DNA from: an uncultured Methylomirabilota bacterium
Lineage (GTDB): Bacteria; Methylomirabilota; Methylomirabilia; Methylomirabilales; 2-02-FULL-66-22
Assembly (NCBI GenBank): GCA_963845565.1
Contig: CAWJSJ010000002.1
Location: 2,336,001-2,400,000, forward strand
Length of the DNA: 64,000 nucleotides
Reading direction: 5' to 3'
Shown: positions 22,372 through 33,642 of the stretch, piece by piece
Numbering within the stretch: the first letter of the stretch is position 1
How the letters are laid out: each line of letters opens with the position of its first letter
The notes under the pieces: model-generated
What the model saw: only the letters and a program-made list of their open reading frames with translations
What the model was told of the DNA's origin: nothing
Database searches by the model: none
Position numbers and translations under genes: made by a program

Positions 22372-25032
22372 GTGGGAATGGTTCGGGTATATGATCTGGC
22401 GACAACGTTCCGTCTGACGACCAAGGAAGTCCTGGAGCGGCTGCACGCGGGCGGGATCGACGCCTTGACGTTCGGCAGCACGGTGGACGAGGAACGCGCC
22501 CGAGAGATCCTGTCCCAGCCGATCGCCAGGATCCCCGCGCACGCCATCCGGCCTGGAACGGGCGCGCCGCCAAAGCCTGCGGCGCGCCGGAGCACCCGGA
22601 CGAAGGCCACCGCCGCGGCCGGCGATGGTGCGGAGACGCCCGGCGCGGCACCCAAGGCCCGCCCGCGGGCGAAGCCCCTCGCCGAGGGGGAGGTCAAGGC
22701 GGAGCCCAAACCGCGCGCCCCGCGGCGGCAGCCGCCCGTGTCGCCCCCCACGGCCAGGCCGCTGGTGGTCACCCTGGACGCCCCCACGGTCGAGCCGGCC
22801 GTTCCGCTCGTCACCGAGCCGCCCGTGCCGGCCCCCGAGGTGCATGTGTCACCGGAACCGGCCGTGGTGCCGGTCGCCCAGCCTGTCCCCGCTCCGGCGG
22901 AACGGGCGGAGGCCGCCGCGCCCGCCGAGCCCGCACCGGCCGTCGAGCCGCCGAAGCCGGTCAGCGTCGCACCAGCGGAGCCCGCGGCCGAGACCCAGAA
23001 GCCGGAACCGGCCCCGCCGCCCGAGGCTCCCCTTCCGCCCCGTCCGGCGCCGCCGGAACCGACCCGGGTGGAGCCGCGCCGCCCCCTGCCGTCTTTCCGC
23101 GGCCCCCGCCAGCATCCCCCGCGGCCCGCCGCCGCCGGCGACGGAAAGCCACGCCCACGCCCGGTTGTCGAACCGCCGCGGCCCGTGGCGGCCACGACGC
23201 ACGCCCCGGACGCGCGCACCTTCCCCTCGCGTCCGGCGCCCGTCGACGTGGCGCCCCCAGCCCCCCCGGCGCCCAAGATCCTCAAGGTCGGCGAGGGGAT
23301 GACGCCCAAGGAGTTGGCAGAAAAGATGTCCGCCACGCCCAGCGACGTGATCAAGCGACTGATCAAGCTCGGTGTGCTGGTGACCATCAACACCCCCATC
23401 GATCCCGAAACGATCGGGAAGGTGGCGCAGCAGTTCGGTTATACGATGGAGAAGGCCTCGCCCGAGGAGATGATGGAGGAGGGGGCGACCGACGTCGAGT
23501 CCCCCGATCTGCTGAAGCCCCGCGCGCCGGTGGTCACGGTCATGGGACACGTGGATCACGGCAAGACATCGCTGCTCGACGCCATCCGACACACCAACGT
23601 GATCGCCACCGAGGCGGGCGGCATCACCCAGCACATGGGGGCGTACGAGGTCGAGGTTCCCGGCCACGCCGTCAACCGGGTGGTCTTCCTGGACACGCCG
23701 GGCCACGAGGCGTTCACCGCGATGCGTGCCCGGGGTGCCCAGGCGACCGACATCGTGGTGCTGGTGGTGGCGGCGGATGACGGGGTGATGCCCCAGACGA
23801 TCGAGGCCATCAACCACGCCAAGGACGCCAAGGTGCCGATCCTCGTGGCGATCAACAAGATCGACCGACCGAACGCCGACCCGAACCGGATCAAGCAGCA
23901 ATTGACGGAGTACGGGCTGTTGTCCGAGGAGTGGGGCGGCGAAACCATTTTCGTCTCCGTCTCGGCCAAGCGGCGCGAGGGGATCGAGAATCTGCTGGAT
24001 AACCTCCTGGTGCTGGCCGAGGTGCAGGAGTTGAAGGCCAATCCGCTCAAGCCGGCGCGCGGTCTCGTGGTTGAGGCCGAGCTGGACAAGGGCCGGGGCC
24101 CGGTGGCGACGGTTCTGGTGCAGACGGGCACGCTCAAGGTGGGCGATTCCGTGGTGGCAGGTCTGCATCACGGGAAAGTCCGCGCCATGCTGAACGACAA
24201 GGGCAAGAAGCTCCAGGAGGCGGGACCGGCCACCCCTGTGGAAATCCTCGGCCTTTCGGGTGTCCCCTCGGCCGGGGATAACTTCGCGGCGGTGGGGGAT
24301 GAGCGGAAAGCCCGCCAGATCGCCGCGGCCCGGCTGGAACGCCATCGCCAGGAAGCCATGGTGAGCCAGCCGCGCATCACGCTGGACGCACTGCACCAGC
24401 AGATCGAGCAGGGCGCGGTCAAGGAACTCCGCATGATCATCAAGGGGGACGTGCAGGGATCGGTGGAGCCCCTGCGCGACTCCCTGGAACGGCTGAGCAC
24501 CGAGCGGGTCAAGGTGATCGTCATCCATAGCTCCGTGGGGGCCATCACGGAGAGCGACGTGATGCTGGCCTCGGCCTCGAACGCCATCATCGTGGGCTTC
24601 AACGTCCGCCCCGAGCCCAAGGCCCAGAAGCTGGCCGAGCAGGAGCACGTCGACCTGCGCCTCTACGCCGTCATCTACGAGGCCATCAATCAGGTGCGGT
24701 CGGCCATGGAGGGGTTGCTGGAACCGACGTTCGTGGAGCGGGCGGTGGGACGGGTGGAAGTCCGGCAGGTCTTCAACATCACCAAGGTGGGGACCATCGC
24801 CGGCTCCTTCGTGCTGGACGGGAAGGTGTTGCGTGACGCCTCGGTGCGACTGCTCCGCGACGGACGGGTGGTGCACACGGGGAAGATCGGGTCGCTTCGC
24901 CGGTTCAAGAACGACGTGCACGAGGTCCAGAACGGCCAGGAGTGCGGGATTGGCCTCCTCAACTACAACGACGTCCATGCGGGCGACGTCTTCGAGATCT
25001 ATGAACTGGAGCAGATCGCGACCACGCTCTAG
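22372..25032 (+). CDS. infB: Translation initiation factor IF-2
   Basis: [24 protein letters not shown]; Pro/Ala-rich linker; GTG 22372 after GGAGGA. Confidence 0.98.
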   Translation: MGMVRVYDLATTFRLTTKEVLERLHAGGIDALTFGSTVDEERAREILSQPIARIPAHAIRPGTGAPPKPAARRSTRTKATAAAGDGAETPGAAPKARPRAKPLAEGEVKAEPKPRAPRRQPPVSPPTARPLVVTLDAPTVEPAVPLVTEPPVPAPEVHVSPEPAVVPVAQPVPAPAERAEAAAPAEPAPAVEPPKPVSVAPAEPAAETQKPEPAPPPEAPLPPRPAPPEPTRVEPRRPLPSFRGPRQHPPRPAAAGDGKPRPRPVVEPPRPVAATTHAPDARTFPSRPAPVDVAPPAPPAPKILKVGEGMTPKELAEKMSATPSDVIKRLIKLGVLVTINTPIDPETIGKVAQQFGYTMEKASPEEMMEEGATDVESPDLLKPRAPVVTVMGHVDHGKTSLLDAIRHTNVIATEAGGITQHMGAYEVEVPGHAVNRVVFLDTPGHEAFTAMRARGAQATDIVVLVVAADDGVMPQTIEAINHAKDAKVPILVAINKIDRPNADPNRIKQQLTEYGLLSEEWGGETIFVSVSAKRREGIENLLDNLLVLAEVQELKANPLKPARGLVVEAELDKGRGPVATVLVQTGTLKVGDSVVAGLHHGKVRAMLNDKGKKLQEAGPATPVEILGLSGVPSAGDNFAAVGDERKARQIAAARLERHRQEAMVSQPRITLDALHQQIEQGAVKELRMIIKGDVQGSVEPLRDSLERLSTERVKVIVIHSSVGAITESDVMLASASNAIIVGFNVRPEPKAQKLAEQEHVDLRLYAVIYEAINQVRSAMEGLLEPTFVERAVGRVEVRQVFNITKVGTIAGSFVLDGKVLRDASVRLLRDGRVVHTGKIGSLRRFKNDVHEVQNGQECGIGLLNYNDVHAGDVFEIYELEQIATTL

Positions 25033-25074
25033 CCGGCCGCCGGCCGCCGGCCGGAGGGTGCTGCGGGGTCGTCC

Positions 25075-25365
25075 ATGATGACGGTCGGCGCCTGCACCAT
25101 CGAGCTCCGGATCCCCGGGAGCGATTCCTTGAAGGCCAAGCGGCGGGTCGTGAAGAGCCTGAAGGAGCGCGTGCAGGGCCGGTTCCACGTCGCCATCGCC
25201 GAGGTGGACCGACTGGACGATTGGCAACGGGCCACCCTGGGGGTGGCCTGTGTGAGCAACGACTCCCGCCTGGTGGACGCCACGCTGTCCAAGGTGGTCA
25301 ACTGGATCGAGGTCAGTGGGGACGTGTTGGTGGTCGATTACCAGATCGACCTCGTCACCCACTGA
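25075..25365 (+). CDS. DUF503 (YlxP-like) protein
   Basis: SLKAKRRVVKSL..RF.VAIAEVD..D.WQRA; usual position between infB and rbfA. Confidence 0.9.
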   Translation: MMTVGACTIELRIPGSDSLKAKRRVVKSLKERVQGRFHVAIAEVDRLDDWQRATLGVACVSNDSRLVDATLSKVVNWIEVSGDVLVVDYQIDLVTH

Positions 25366-25477
25366 TCCCGCTCGAACCGCCGGTTCCCGCGCCGAGCAGT
25401 CGGTTTCCCATCGGACCGTTTCGGACCGACGGGGGCGACCATCGGACGCCGGGGGTGCCGGACAAGGTCCCGCGACG

Positions 25478-25843
25478 ATGCCGCTGCCGTTTCGACGTGC
25501 CGATCGGGTCGGCGATTCCATCCGACGCGAATTGAGCCGGCTCCTGCTCCGCGAAGTCAAGGACCCCCGGCTGAGCCAGGTGGTCGTCACGGGCGTCCAG
25601 GTGAGTCCGGACCTTCGCCACGCTCGGATCTCGTTCACGGCGGGCGTCGGACGGACCGACCGCCGGGCGGAGCTCCAGGGCCTGCAGGCGGCGGCCGGGT
25701 TCCTGCGGGGACAGCTGGGGCGGAGTCTTGGGCTCCGCTACGCGCCCGAGCTGGCGTTCGAGGTGGACGACTCGGTGGACCGGAGCCTCCACATTGCGGC
25801 CCTCCTCAAGCAGGTCGCACCTCCGGAGCCGGACGATGAGTGA
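25478..25843 (+). CDS. rbfA: Ribosome-binding factor A
   Basis: RADRVGDSIRRELS, KDPRL, VSPDLRHARI, LRYAPELAF. Confidence 0.96.
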   Translation: MPLPFRRADRVGDSIRRELSRLLLREVKDPRLSQVVVTGVQVSPDLRHARISFTAGVGRTDRRAELQGLQAAAGFLRGQLGRSLGLRYAPELAFEVDDSVDRSLHIAALLKQVAPPEPDDE

Positions 25844-26798
25844 TCTGGCACTGGCGGCGGCGGCGCTCGGGGCCGCCCCCTCGGTGGCGGTGGTCTCCCA
25901 CGTCAACCCCGAAGGGGATGCCATCGGGTCCGTGCTGGCGGCGGCGCTGGCGCTCCGGGGGGTGGGGAAGCAGACCGGGGCGTTCAACGCGGATCCGCTG
26001 CCACCGGGGCTGCAGCACCTGCCCGGCGTGGCCGAGTTCCGGCGAGAGATGCCGCGGGATCGGTCCTATGCGTGCTACTTGGTCCTGGACAGCGCCGATC
26101 TGCCCCGGACGGGAGGCCTGCTCGACGGGCGACCGCCGGACGCGGTGGTCTTGAACGTAGACCACCACCCGGGAAACACTCGATTCGGCGACGTGAACTG
26201 GGTGGACCCGACGGCATCCTCCGCCGGCGAGATGGTGTACCGTCTCCTGCGGGAGATGGCGCTACCGATTCTACCGGACGTGGCAGCGAATCTGTACGCC
26301 GCCATCCTCACGGATACGGGCGGCTTCCGGTATGGAAACACGACGGCGGAATCGCTCCGAGTGGCCGCGGAGCTGGTCACGGCCGGGGCCGTACCCGAGA
26401 CGATCGCGCAGGGGCTGGTGGCCAATCGGGACCTGGGGGAGTGGCGGCTCCTGAGTGAAGTGTTGGCCGGCCTCACGGTGGGGGCGGGTGGCCGGGTGGC
26501 CTGGATCGAGATCACCGCCGCGGCGCGGCAGCGCGCGGGCGTGGGGCTGGAGGTCACGGAGGATTTTATCCAGTATCCACGCAATCTGGCCGGGGTCCGG
26601 CTCGCCGTGGCGTTCAAGGAGATCTCGGCCGACGAGGTGCGGGTGAGCTTGCGCTCTCACGGGGAGGTGGACGTGGCGCGGTTGGCCGGCGCCTTCGGCG
26701 GCGGGGGCCACCGGAATGCCGCCGGCTGTACCATTCGGAGCGGGTTGGCGGCCGCCAGGGCGCAGCTGCTGGCGGCGGCCGAGGCGCTGTGGGCGTGA
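25836..26798 (+). CDS. nrnA: DHH/DHHA1 phosphoesterase (NrnA-like nanoRNase/pAp phosphatase)
   Basis: H.NPEGDAIGS, NVDHH, TDTGGF, GGGGHRNAAG. Confidence 0.9.
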   Translation: MSDLALAAAALGAAPSVAVVSHVNPEGDAIGSVLAAALALRGVGKQTGAFNADPLPPGLQHLPGVAEFRREMPRDRSYACYLVLDSADLPRTGGLLDGRPPDAVVLNVDHHPGNTRFGDVNWVDPTASSAGEMVYRLLREMALPILPDVAANLYAAILTDTGGFRYGNTTAESLRVAAELVTAGAVPETIAQGLVANRDLGEWRLLSEVLAGLTVGAGGRVAWIEITAAARQRAGVGLEVTEDFIQYPRNLAGVRLAVAFKEISADEVRVSLRSHGEVDVARLAGAFGGGGHRNAAGCTIRSGLAAARAQLLAAAEALWA

Positions 26799-26862
26799 GC
26801 GGCCCCAGGACCGAGGCGATACTGCAGCGCGCAGCGGCCCTTGGGAAACGATCGTGGCCAAC

Positions 26863-27822
26863 ATGATGAAGACCAGACCGGAAGTCCATGGAGTGCTGAA
26901 CGTCAACAAGCCGGCGGGGATGACCTCCCACGACGTGGTGGATGCGGTGCGCCGCATCCTGGGGATGCAGCGGATCGGGCACACCGGGACGCTGGACCCG
27001 CAGGCCACGGGGGTGCTCCCGGTCTGTGTAGGGCGAGCCACGCGCATCGCACAGTACCTGACCCAGGCGGAGAAGGAGTACGTCATGACCCTCCGCCTGG
27101 GGATCACCACCGACACGCTGGACGCGGCCGGCAAGGAGACGAGCCGAGCCGACGCGGTCCACGTCCGACGCGAGGACGTGGAGGCCATCCTGCCGCGTTT
27201 CGTCGGGGAGATTCTGCAGGTGCCGCCCATCTACTCCGCCAAGAAGCACCAGGGGGAGCGCCTCTACCGGTTGGCTCGGCGGGGCGAGGTCGTGGAGCGA
27301 CCGCCGGTGCCCGTGAAGGTGTTCGCGCTGGAGCTGCTGGGATTCGAAGCACCGGACGTGCACCTGAAGGCGACCTGCTCCAAGGGCACCTACGCGCGGA
27401 GCCTCTGCGACGACATCGGGCGCGCGTTGGGGTGCGGGGGGCACCTCTACGCGCTCCGGCGAACCCGGGCGGGCCGCTTCCTCTTGGAGGGCGCAGTCAC
27501 GCTGGACGGTTTGGAGGAGCGGGTGCGCACCGGACGGCTGGGGGAGGTCCTGATGTCGATCGCCGAGGCCCTGGCCCACCTGCCCGGGGTTCGCGTGGCG
27601 CCCGAGGCCGGACCGCTCATCCTGCACGGAAACGCCGTGACGGCCGGCATGGTGGCACAGTTCCCGGCGGAGGTGTCCCGCGGGACGTTGGTGCGTGTCT
27701 TGGGTTTTCGCAAGCAACTGCTGTCGTTGGCGGAGGCCGCGGTGACCTCGGAGGAGTTCGGCGCCTGCGAGCCGACCCGGATGGTTCTGGCGCCCGTCCG
27801 AGTCTTTTCCAGCGCCGGCTGA
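26863..27822 (+). CDS. truB: tRNA pseudouridine(55) synthase
   Basis: NKPAGMTSHDVV, GHTGTLDP.ATGVL, CSKGTY. Confidence 0.98.
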   Translation: MMKTRPEVHGVLNVNKPAGMTSHDVVDAVRRILGMQRIGHTGTLDPQATGVLPVCVGRATRIAQYLTQAEKEYVMTLRLGITTDTLDAAGKETSRADAVHVRREDVEAILPRFVGEILQVPPIYSAKKHQGERLYRLARRGEVVERPPVPVKVFALELLGFEAPDVHLKATCSKGTYARSLCDDIGRALGCGGHLYALRRTRAGRFLLEGAVTLDGLEERVRTGRLGEVLMSIAEALAHLPGVRVAPEAGPLILHGNAVTAGMVAQFPAEVSRGTLVRVLGFRKQLLSLAEAAVTSEEFGACEPTRMVLAPVRVFSSAG

Positions 27823-27834
27823 GGCGTCTCGCCC

Positions 27835-28803
27835 ATGCAGGTGATCCACGTCGCCACCGTCGAGGAGTTTCGCTGGGACCTGTCCGACGCCGTGGTGGGG
27901 ATGGGAACGCTGGATGGCGTCCACGTGGGGCACCAGGCCATCCTGCGGCGTGTCGGCGAGCGCGCGGCCACCGAGGGGGGGGTGCCGGCGGTCGTCACGT
28001 TCGCCCAGCATCCCCTGGAGGTCGTCCGGCCGGCGCAGGCGCCGGCGCTGTTGACGCCGCTGCCACTGAAGCTGGCGCTTCTGGCCAAACTGGGGGTGGC
28101 CTGCGTGGTGGTGATCCACTTCTCCCCGGCCCTGGCTGCCCTGGACGCCCGGGAGTTCGTGGAGCGAGGCTTGGTCGGCGGCCTGGGCGTCCGCGGCCTG
28201 TGCGTCGGATACGACTTCGGCTTCGGCCGCGGGCGACGGGGCAATGTCGAGCTCCTCCGAGAGCTCAGCGTTCGGCACGGGTTCTGGCTGGACGTGGTGT
28301 CGCCGGTCTCGGTGGACGGCCAGGTGGTGAGCAGCCGCGCAATCCGAGGGCTCCTGATCCAGGGGCGGGTCGCCGAGGCGCAGCAGCTCCTGGGGCGCCC
28401 CTACTGCGTGGCGGGTGAGGTGGAGCGGGGCGAGGGCCGAGGCCGTGGGCTGGGGTTCGCCACGGCCAACCTGTCCGTCCCGGACACGGAACTGGCGAAG
28501 GACGGTGTCTACGCGGGGCGCGTCCTGGTCCGCGACGAGCTCCGGGACGCCATGATGAACCTGGGGACCGCCCCCACGTTCGGCGGCGGCAGGCGCCGGT
28601 TGGAGATTCATGTACCGGGCTGGGAGTCGCCGCTCTACGGGGAGCACCTCCTGGCGTTCTTTCTGGCGCGCCTCCGGGACGAGCAACGTTTTCCGGACGG
28701 TGCCGCGCTCAGCGCCCAGTTGGCGCGGGACCGCGACGCCGCGCGAGTCGTCTGGCAGGGTGCGCAGGCGCTTCCCTGGCCAGAATGGACTTTACACTCC
28801 TAA
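27835..28803 (+). CDS. ribF: Bifunctional riboflavin kinase/FAD synthetase
   Basis: [31 protein letters not shown]. Confidence 0.96.
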   Translation: MQVIHVATVEEFRWDLSDAVVGMGTLDGVHVGHQAILRRVGERAATEGGVPAVVTFAQHPLEVVRPAQAPALLTPLPLKLALLAKLGVACVVVIHFSPALAALDAREFVERGLVGGLGVRGLCVGYDFGFGRGRRGNVELLRELSVRHGFWLDVVSPVSVDGQVVSSRAIRGLLIQGRVAEAQQLLGRPYCVAGEVERGEGRGRGLGFATANLSVPDTELAKDGVYAGRVLVRDELRDAMMNLGTAPTFGGGRRRLEIHVPGWESPLYGEHLLAFFLARLRDEQRFPDGAALSAQLARDRDAARVVWQGAQALPWPEWTLHS

Positions 28804-28819
28804 GGCCCTGTGGTACTTT
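28791..28819 (+). promoter_or_regulatory. Putative promoter of rpsO-pnp
   Basis: TTTACA-17 nt-TACTTT with extended TG. Confidence 0.45.
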
Positions 28820-28868
28820 GCCCACGTGTTTCGGTTCACTGTTGGGCGCGAAAGGGGGACGAGCGATC

Positions 28869-29138
28869 ATGCCCAAGGATGTCATCAACAAAGGTAACGT
28901 CATCGGTTCGTATCGGCTGCACGAGAAGGACACCGGGTCGCCGGAGGTGCAGATCGCCCTCCTGAGCGGCCGCATCGGCTATCTCACAGAGCACCTCGGT
29001 GTGCACAAGAAGGATCACCACTCGCGCCGCGGCCTCCTCATGATGGTCGGCCGCCGCCGCAAGTTGCTCGACTATTTGAAGAGCAAGGATGTGGCGCGCT
29101 ACAAGCAGGTGATCGAAAGGTTGGGTATCCGCAAATGA
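28869..29138 (+). CDS. rpsO: 30S ribosomal protein S15
   Basis: [22 protein letters not shown]. Confidence 0.99.
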   Translation: MPKDVINKGNVIGSYRLHEKDTGSPEVQIALLSGRIGYLTEHLGVHKKDHHSRRGLLMMVGRRRKLLDYLKSKDVARYKQVIERLGIRK

Positions 29139-31312
29139 CGTATCGGAGCGAGATCGACCTGGGGGGGCGGACCCTCTCCATCGAGGCGGGGCGTGTGGCC
29201 CGCGCCGCGGACGGCGCTGCCTGGGTGCGCTACGGGGACACGGTGGTCCTGGTGACGGCCGTGGCCTCCAAAGAGGCCCGCGAGGGGATCGACTTCTTCC
29301 CCTTGACGGTGGACTATCAGGAACGGGCCTATGCCGCCGGGAAGATCCCCGGCGGGTTCTTCAAGCGCGAGGGGCGCCCGCACGAGAAGGAGACGCTGAC
29401 CTCCCGGCTGATCGACCGGCCGATCCGTCCCTTGTTTCCGCACGGCTACCATCAGGATGTCCAGATCATCGCCACCGTCCTTTCCGCCGATCAGGAGAAC
29501 GACCCCGACGTCTTGGCGGTGGTGGGGGCCTCGGCGGCCCTGACGGTGTCCCAGATTCCATTCCAAGGACCCATCGGCTGCGTCCGGATCGGCCGCATCG
29601 GCGGCCGCCTCGTGGTGAATCCCTCTTACGCCCAGCTTGCCGAAAGCGACATGGATGTCGTCCTGGCCGGCACCAGCGCCGCCGTGGTCATGGTGGAGGG
29701 CGGTGCCAACGAGGCGCCCGAGGAGGCGCTCCTGGAGGGGCTCCTCTTTGGCCACCAGACCCTGCAGGCCATCGTCAAGCTGCAACAGGACCTGGTCCGG
29801 CAGATGGGAGTGGTGAAGCCGCCCTTCGTCGCAACGCCGGTGGACGCTGCCGTGAAGGCGCGAGTGGAAGGCCTGTGTCGCGCCCGCATCCGGGAGCTGG
29901 CGTTCGTGCCCCAGAAGGAAGAACAGAAGGCGCGCCGCCGGACACTGTTGGACGAGGCGCTGGCGACCGTGGCGGCAGAGCCGGCCGCGGTGAAGCTGCA
30001 GGTGACGGAGATCTTCGAGGAATTGGAGAAGCAGGAGATGCGCCGGCTGATCCTGGAGGAGGGGCGACGGGCCGATGGCCGCGCCGTCACCCAGGTCCGC
30101 CCCATCACCTGCGAGACCGGTGTCCTGCCCCGCACGCACGGCTCCGCCATCTTCACGCGGGGCCAGACGCAGGCTCTGGCCACCACGACCCTGGGAACCT
30201 CCGAGGACGAGCAGCGGATGGACGCCCTGGAGGGGGAGAGCAAGAAGCGGTTCATGCTGCACTACAACTTCCCCCCGTTCTCGGTGGGGGAGGTGAAGTT
30301 CATGCGGGGGGCGAGCCGGCGGGATATCGGACACGGGGCGCTGGCGGAGCGGGCCATCCAGCCCGTCCTCCCTGGCAAAGAAGAATTCCCGTACACCGTC
30401 CGGATCGTCTCCGACATCCTGGAGTCGAACGGCTCGTCGTCCATGGCCACGGTCTGCGGGGCGAGCCTGTCCCTGATGGACGCCGGCGTGCCGGTCAAGG
30501 CGGCGGTGGCCGGGGTGGCGATGGGCCTGGTGAAGGAGGGGGACAAGACCGTCGTCCTCACCGACATCCAGGGTCTCGAAGACCACCTGGGCGACATGGA
30601 CTTCAAGGTGGCCGGCACCCGCACCGGGGTCACCTCGATCCAGATGGACATCAAGATCCAGGGAATCACCGAGGCCGTCCTGAAGCAGGCCCTGACGCAG
30701 GCCCGCCAGGCGCGCCTGGAAGTCCTGGACATCATGGAGCGGGCGATCGGCAAGCCGCGCGCCGCGCTCAGCCCGTATGCGCCGCGGATCATCACGTTCA
30801 AGATTCCCACGGATAAGATCCGTGAAGTCATCGGCCCCGGCGGGAAGGTCATCCGCAGCATCGTGGAGCAGACCGGCGTCAAGATCGACATCGAGGACGA
30901 CGGAACGGTGGCCATCGCCTCGGTGGACGAGGCGGCCGCGCGGAAGGCCATGGACATCATCGGGAAGATCGTCGAGGTTCCCGAGGTGGGCAAGGTCTAT
31001 CTGGGTAAGGTCGTCAAGATCATGGAGTTCGGCGCCTTCGTGGAGATCCTGCCCGGCACCGACGGCCTGCTGCACATCTCCCAGATCTCCACGGAGCGGA
31101 TCAAGCGCGTGGAGGACGTCCTCAAGGAAGGGGACGAGCTGCAGGTCAAGGTCCTCGAGGTGGACAGGGCGGGCAAGATTCGCCTCAGTCGGAAGGAGCT
31201 CTTGAAAGACGCCGAAGAGAAGGCCGGCCCCGCACGACCGCCGGAGGGTGGGACCGGATCGCCCCGAGGCGAGGAGCGGCGCCGCGGAGGGACGGGGCCA
31301 TCGGGAACGTAG
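29135..31312 (+). CDS. pnp: Polyribonucleotide nucleotidyltransferase
   Basis: [37 protein letters not shown] and S1 domains. Confidence 0.99.
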   Translation: MTYRSEIDLGGRTLSIEAGRVARAADGAAWVRYGDTVVLVTAVASKEAREGIDFFPLTVDYQERAYAAGKIPGGFFKREGRPHEKETLTSRLIDRPIRPLFPHGYHQDVQIIATVLSADQENDPDVLAVVGASAALTVSQIPFQGPIGCVRIGRIGGRLVVNPSYAQLAESDMDVVLAGTSAAVVMVEGGANEAPEEALLEGLLFGHQTLQAIVKLQQDLVRQMGVVKPPFVATPVDAAVKARVEGLCRARIRELAFVPQKEEQKARRRTLLDEALATVAAEPAAVKLQVTEIFEELEKQEMRRLILEEGRRADGRAVTQVRPITCETGVLPRTHGSAIFTRGQTQALATTTLGTSEDEQRMDALEGESKKRFMLHYNFPPFSVGEVKFMRGASRRDIGHGALAERAIQPVLPGKEEFPYTVRIVSDILESNGSSSMATVCGASLSLMDAGVPVKAAVAGVAMGLVKEGDKTVVLTDIQGLEDHLGDMDFKVAGTRTGVTSIQMDIKIQGITEAVLKQALTQARQARLEVLDIMERAIGKPRAALSPYAPRIITFKIPTDKIREVIGPGGKVIRSIVEQTGVKIDIEDDGTVAIASVDEAAARKAMDIIGKIVEVPEVGKVYLGKVVKIMEFGAFVEILPGTDGLLHISQISTERIKRVEDVLKEGDELQVKVLEVDRAGKIRLSRKELLKDAEEKAGPARPPEGGTGSPRGEERRRGGTGPSGT

Positions 31313-31332
31313 CCGCGCTCTTCGCGAAGACG

Positions 31333-32541
31333 GTGCTGCCGAACGGCATCGTCATCCTGACGGAACGGATGCCCCACGTGCGTTCCGTCGCGATCGGTCT
31401 GTGGGTCCGGGTTGGCTCCCGCTACGAGCGGGCGGAATGCGCCGGGGTGTCCCATTTCATCGAGCATCTGCTCTTTAAGGGGACCGAGCGCCGCAGCGCC
31501 GAGGACATTGCGAAAGCCATCGATAGCGTCGGCGGGACTCTGGACGCCTTCACCTCCCGCGAGAACACCTGCTTCTACGCCAAGGTCCTCGGAGAGCACC
31601 TGCCCCTGGCCGTGGACCTCCTGAGCGACCTGCTCCTGCACCCCCGCTTGGACCCGGACGATGTGGAGAAAGAGCGGCGGGTCGTCCTGGAAGAGATCAA
31701 GATGGTCGAGGACGACCCGGACGACCTGATCCACGACCTGTTTGCGCAACAGGTGTGGCCAGACCACCCGCTGGGTCGGCCGATCCTGGGAACTCGGCAG
31801 AGCCTCCAAGCCATCGGCCGGCAGGACGTCGTGAAACAGCTCCAAGATTTCTACCAGCCGGATCGGGTGATCGTGGCCGCCGCCGGCGATCTTGAGCACG
31901 GCCGGGTGGTGGATCTGATTCGGGAGGCCCTGGGCGACTGGCGAGGTCAGTCGGTCCCGACCAACGGGGGGTCGCCGGTCAGCTGCCGCACCGTGCACCA
32001 CGAGGAGCGGGACTCGGCCCAGCTGCACCTCGTTCTGGGGGCCGAGGGGCTCCCCTACAGCCACGCCCACCGGTATGCCTTCTTCCTGCAGAACGCCATC
32101 CTGGGCAGCTCCATGAGCTCCCGGCTCTTCCAGGAGATCCGCGAGAAGCGGGGGCTGGCCTACTCGATCTACTCGTATCAGGCGTCGTACCGGGATTCCG
32201 GGCTGATGGCGGTGTACGCCGGCACGAGCACCGAGTCGTACCCGCAGGTTGTGGATCTGATCCGGGCGGAGCTCACGCGGCTGCGGAACGAGCCCGTGGA
32301 CCTGGACGAATTCCGGCGGGCCAAGGCACAGCTCAAAGGCAACCTGCTGCTGGGCCTCGAGGGGACGTCGAGTCGAATGACCCGGCTGGCCAAGGCCGAG
32401 ATCTATTTCCAGCGCTACTTCGACCTGGACGAGATCATCCGGGGCATCGACGAGGTGTCGCCCGACACGTTCGCCGAGCTGAACCGCTCCCTCCTCGAGC
32501 CGGAGCGCTACGCCCTGACCACGATCGGCCACCTGCAGTAA
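31333..32541 (+). CDS. M16 family (pitrilysin-like) zinc peptidase
   Basis: HFIEH (HxxEH) motif, SSRLFQEIREKRGLAYS; the true start may be upstream (ATC 31300). Confidence 0.95.
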   Translation: MLPNGIVILTERMPHVRSVAIGLWVRVGSRYERAECAGVSHFIEHLLFKGTERRSAEDIAKAIDSVGGTLDAFTSRENTCFYAKVLGEHLPLAVDLLSDLLLHPRLDPDDVEKERRVVLEEIKMVEDDPDDLIHDLFAQQVWPDHPLGRPILGTRQSLQAIGRQDVVKQLQDFYQPDRVIVAAAGDLEHGRVVDLIREALGDWRGQSVPTNGGSPVSCRTVHHEERDSAQLHLVLGAEGLPYSHAHRYAFFLQNAILGSSMSSRLFQEIREKRGLAYSIYSYQASYRDSGLMAVYAGTSTESYPQVVDLIRAELTRLRNEPVDLDEFRRAKAQLKGNLLLGLEGTSSRMTRLAKAEIYFQRYFDLDEIIRGIDEVSPDTFAELNRSLLEPERYALTTIGHLQ

Positions 32542-32721
32542 GAGCCGTCCGCAGTCCAAACCGAAACGGTCTCCCGCACATTGTGTTCAGCCTTGACACG
32601 CTCGTTCGCCGCTGGTAGCGTGCCCACTGTCGTGTCCCGACGCTGTCTGGCGGCGTCCGCCAGCGGACAATTCGCGCTGTTCAACGGGTTCGAGGTTCGC
32701 GCAACGCTGCGGGGGAATCGC

Positions 32722-33195
32722 GTGGAACGAGACGAATTGTTGCGCGTTTTGAGAGCGTTCGAGGACGAGAGACTCGAGTATATCCTGATAGGTGCCACGG
32801 CCTTGGCGTTGCACGGCATCGTTCGCGCCACCGAGGACGTCGACTTCTTCATCCGCGCGACGGCAGACAACGTCGAGCGACTCAAGCGGGCGCTCCGGAC
32901 CGTCTACGCTGCCGACCCGAGCATCGACGAGATCCACGCCGAGGATCTGCTCGGGGAATACCCGTCGGTCCGGTACTACCCTCCGACGGGCGACCTCTAC
33001 TTCGACATATTGACGCGATTAGGTGAGGCCGCGCGCTACGAGGATGTGGCGGTCGAGACGAAGATCGTCGCCGGCATTCGTGTCTGGGTGGCCACGCCCC
33101 GCGCGCTGTACGATCTGAAGAAGGGCACCGTGCGCGCACTCGATCGGCAGGATGCCGAAGCGCTCCGGCAGCGCTTCGATCTGGAGGATCGTTGA
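32722..33195 (+). CDS. Nucleotidyltransferase (AbiEii/DUF6036-like)
   Basis: ILIGATALALHG..RATEDVDF pol-beta-type signature; GTG 32722 after GGGGA. Confidence 0.8.
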   Translation: MERDELLRVLRAFEDERLEYILIGATALALHGIVRATEDVDFFIRATADNVERLKRALRTVYAADPSIDEIHAEDLLGEYPSVRYYPPTGDLYFDILTRLGEAARYEDVAVETKIVAGIRVWVATPRALYDLKKGTVRALDRQDAEALRQRFDLEDR

Positions 33196-33197
33196 GC

Positions 33198-33407
33198 GTG
33201 CCAGTTCAAAAGTTTCGCTCGATCGAAGAGATGGCCCGCGCCCCCGTGCCGGTTCGGACCGAGGATGGTTTCGAGCGGTTCATGCGCCACTGCGCCCGAA
33301 TGTTACGACTCGCGCCGCGTCGTTACCCGCGTGGAGTGTTCCGGTTCCGAACGATCGAGGAGGCGCAGGAGGCCCGTTGCGATGCAGGCCGGCCCGAAGA
33401 CGGTTGA
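33198..33407 (+). CDS. Small basic protein directly downstream of the nucleotidyltransferase
   Basis: GGAGGA SD, GTG start; internal repeat KFRSIEE / RFRTIEE. Confidence 0.7.
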   Translation: MPVQKFRSIEEMARAPVPVRTEDGFERFMRHCARMLRLAPRRYPRGVFRFRTIEEAQEARCDAGRPEDG

Positions 33408-33516
33408 GCCCAGACGTCCGCGTGTCGTCGCCGTCCCCACGGTCTTCCGACTATCCTCCCCGGATCTCCTTCACTGTTTCCTCTTGACACCACAAATGTC
33501 TACCCATGGTTTCCTC

Positions 33517-33546
33517 TTGACTTTGCCTGAGCGCAATCGGTAAGCT
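33517..33546 (+). promoter_or_regulatory. Putative promoter of the ABC operon
   Basis: TTGACT-18 nt-TAAGCT; spacer contains a TTGC-N6-GCAA palindrome. Confidence 0.4.
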
Positions 33547-33642
33547 GCTTTGCCTACGGCGCGATCCGCATCGATCTTCGATCGGCGAGGTCCATTTTCT
33601 TGCATCGCGGCCCCCCCAGGGGGTGGCCACAGGAGGAGGTCC

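Noticed and set aside
22550..23280. Pro/Ala-rich low-complexity stretch as a separate gene or repeat element
   Set aside because: It is the variable N-terminal linker of IF-2, in frame with the G domain.
22849..25638. Very long minus-strand ORFs (e.g. 929 aa opposite infB, 826 aa opposite rpsK-rpoA, 658 aa opposite pnp)
   Set aside because: They are antisense shadows of high-GC coding genes and show no recognisable motifs.
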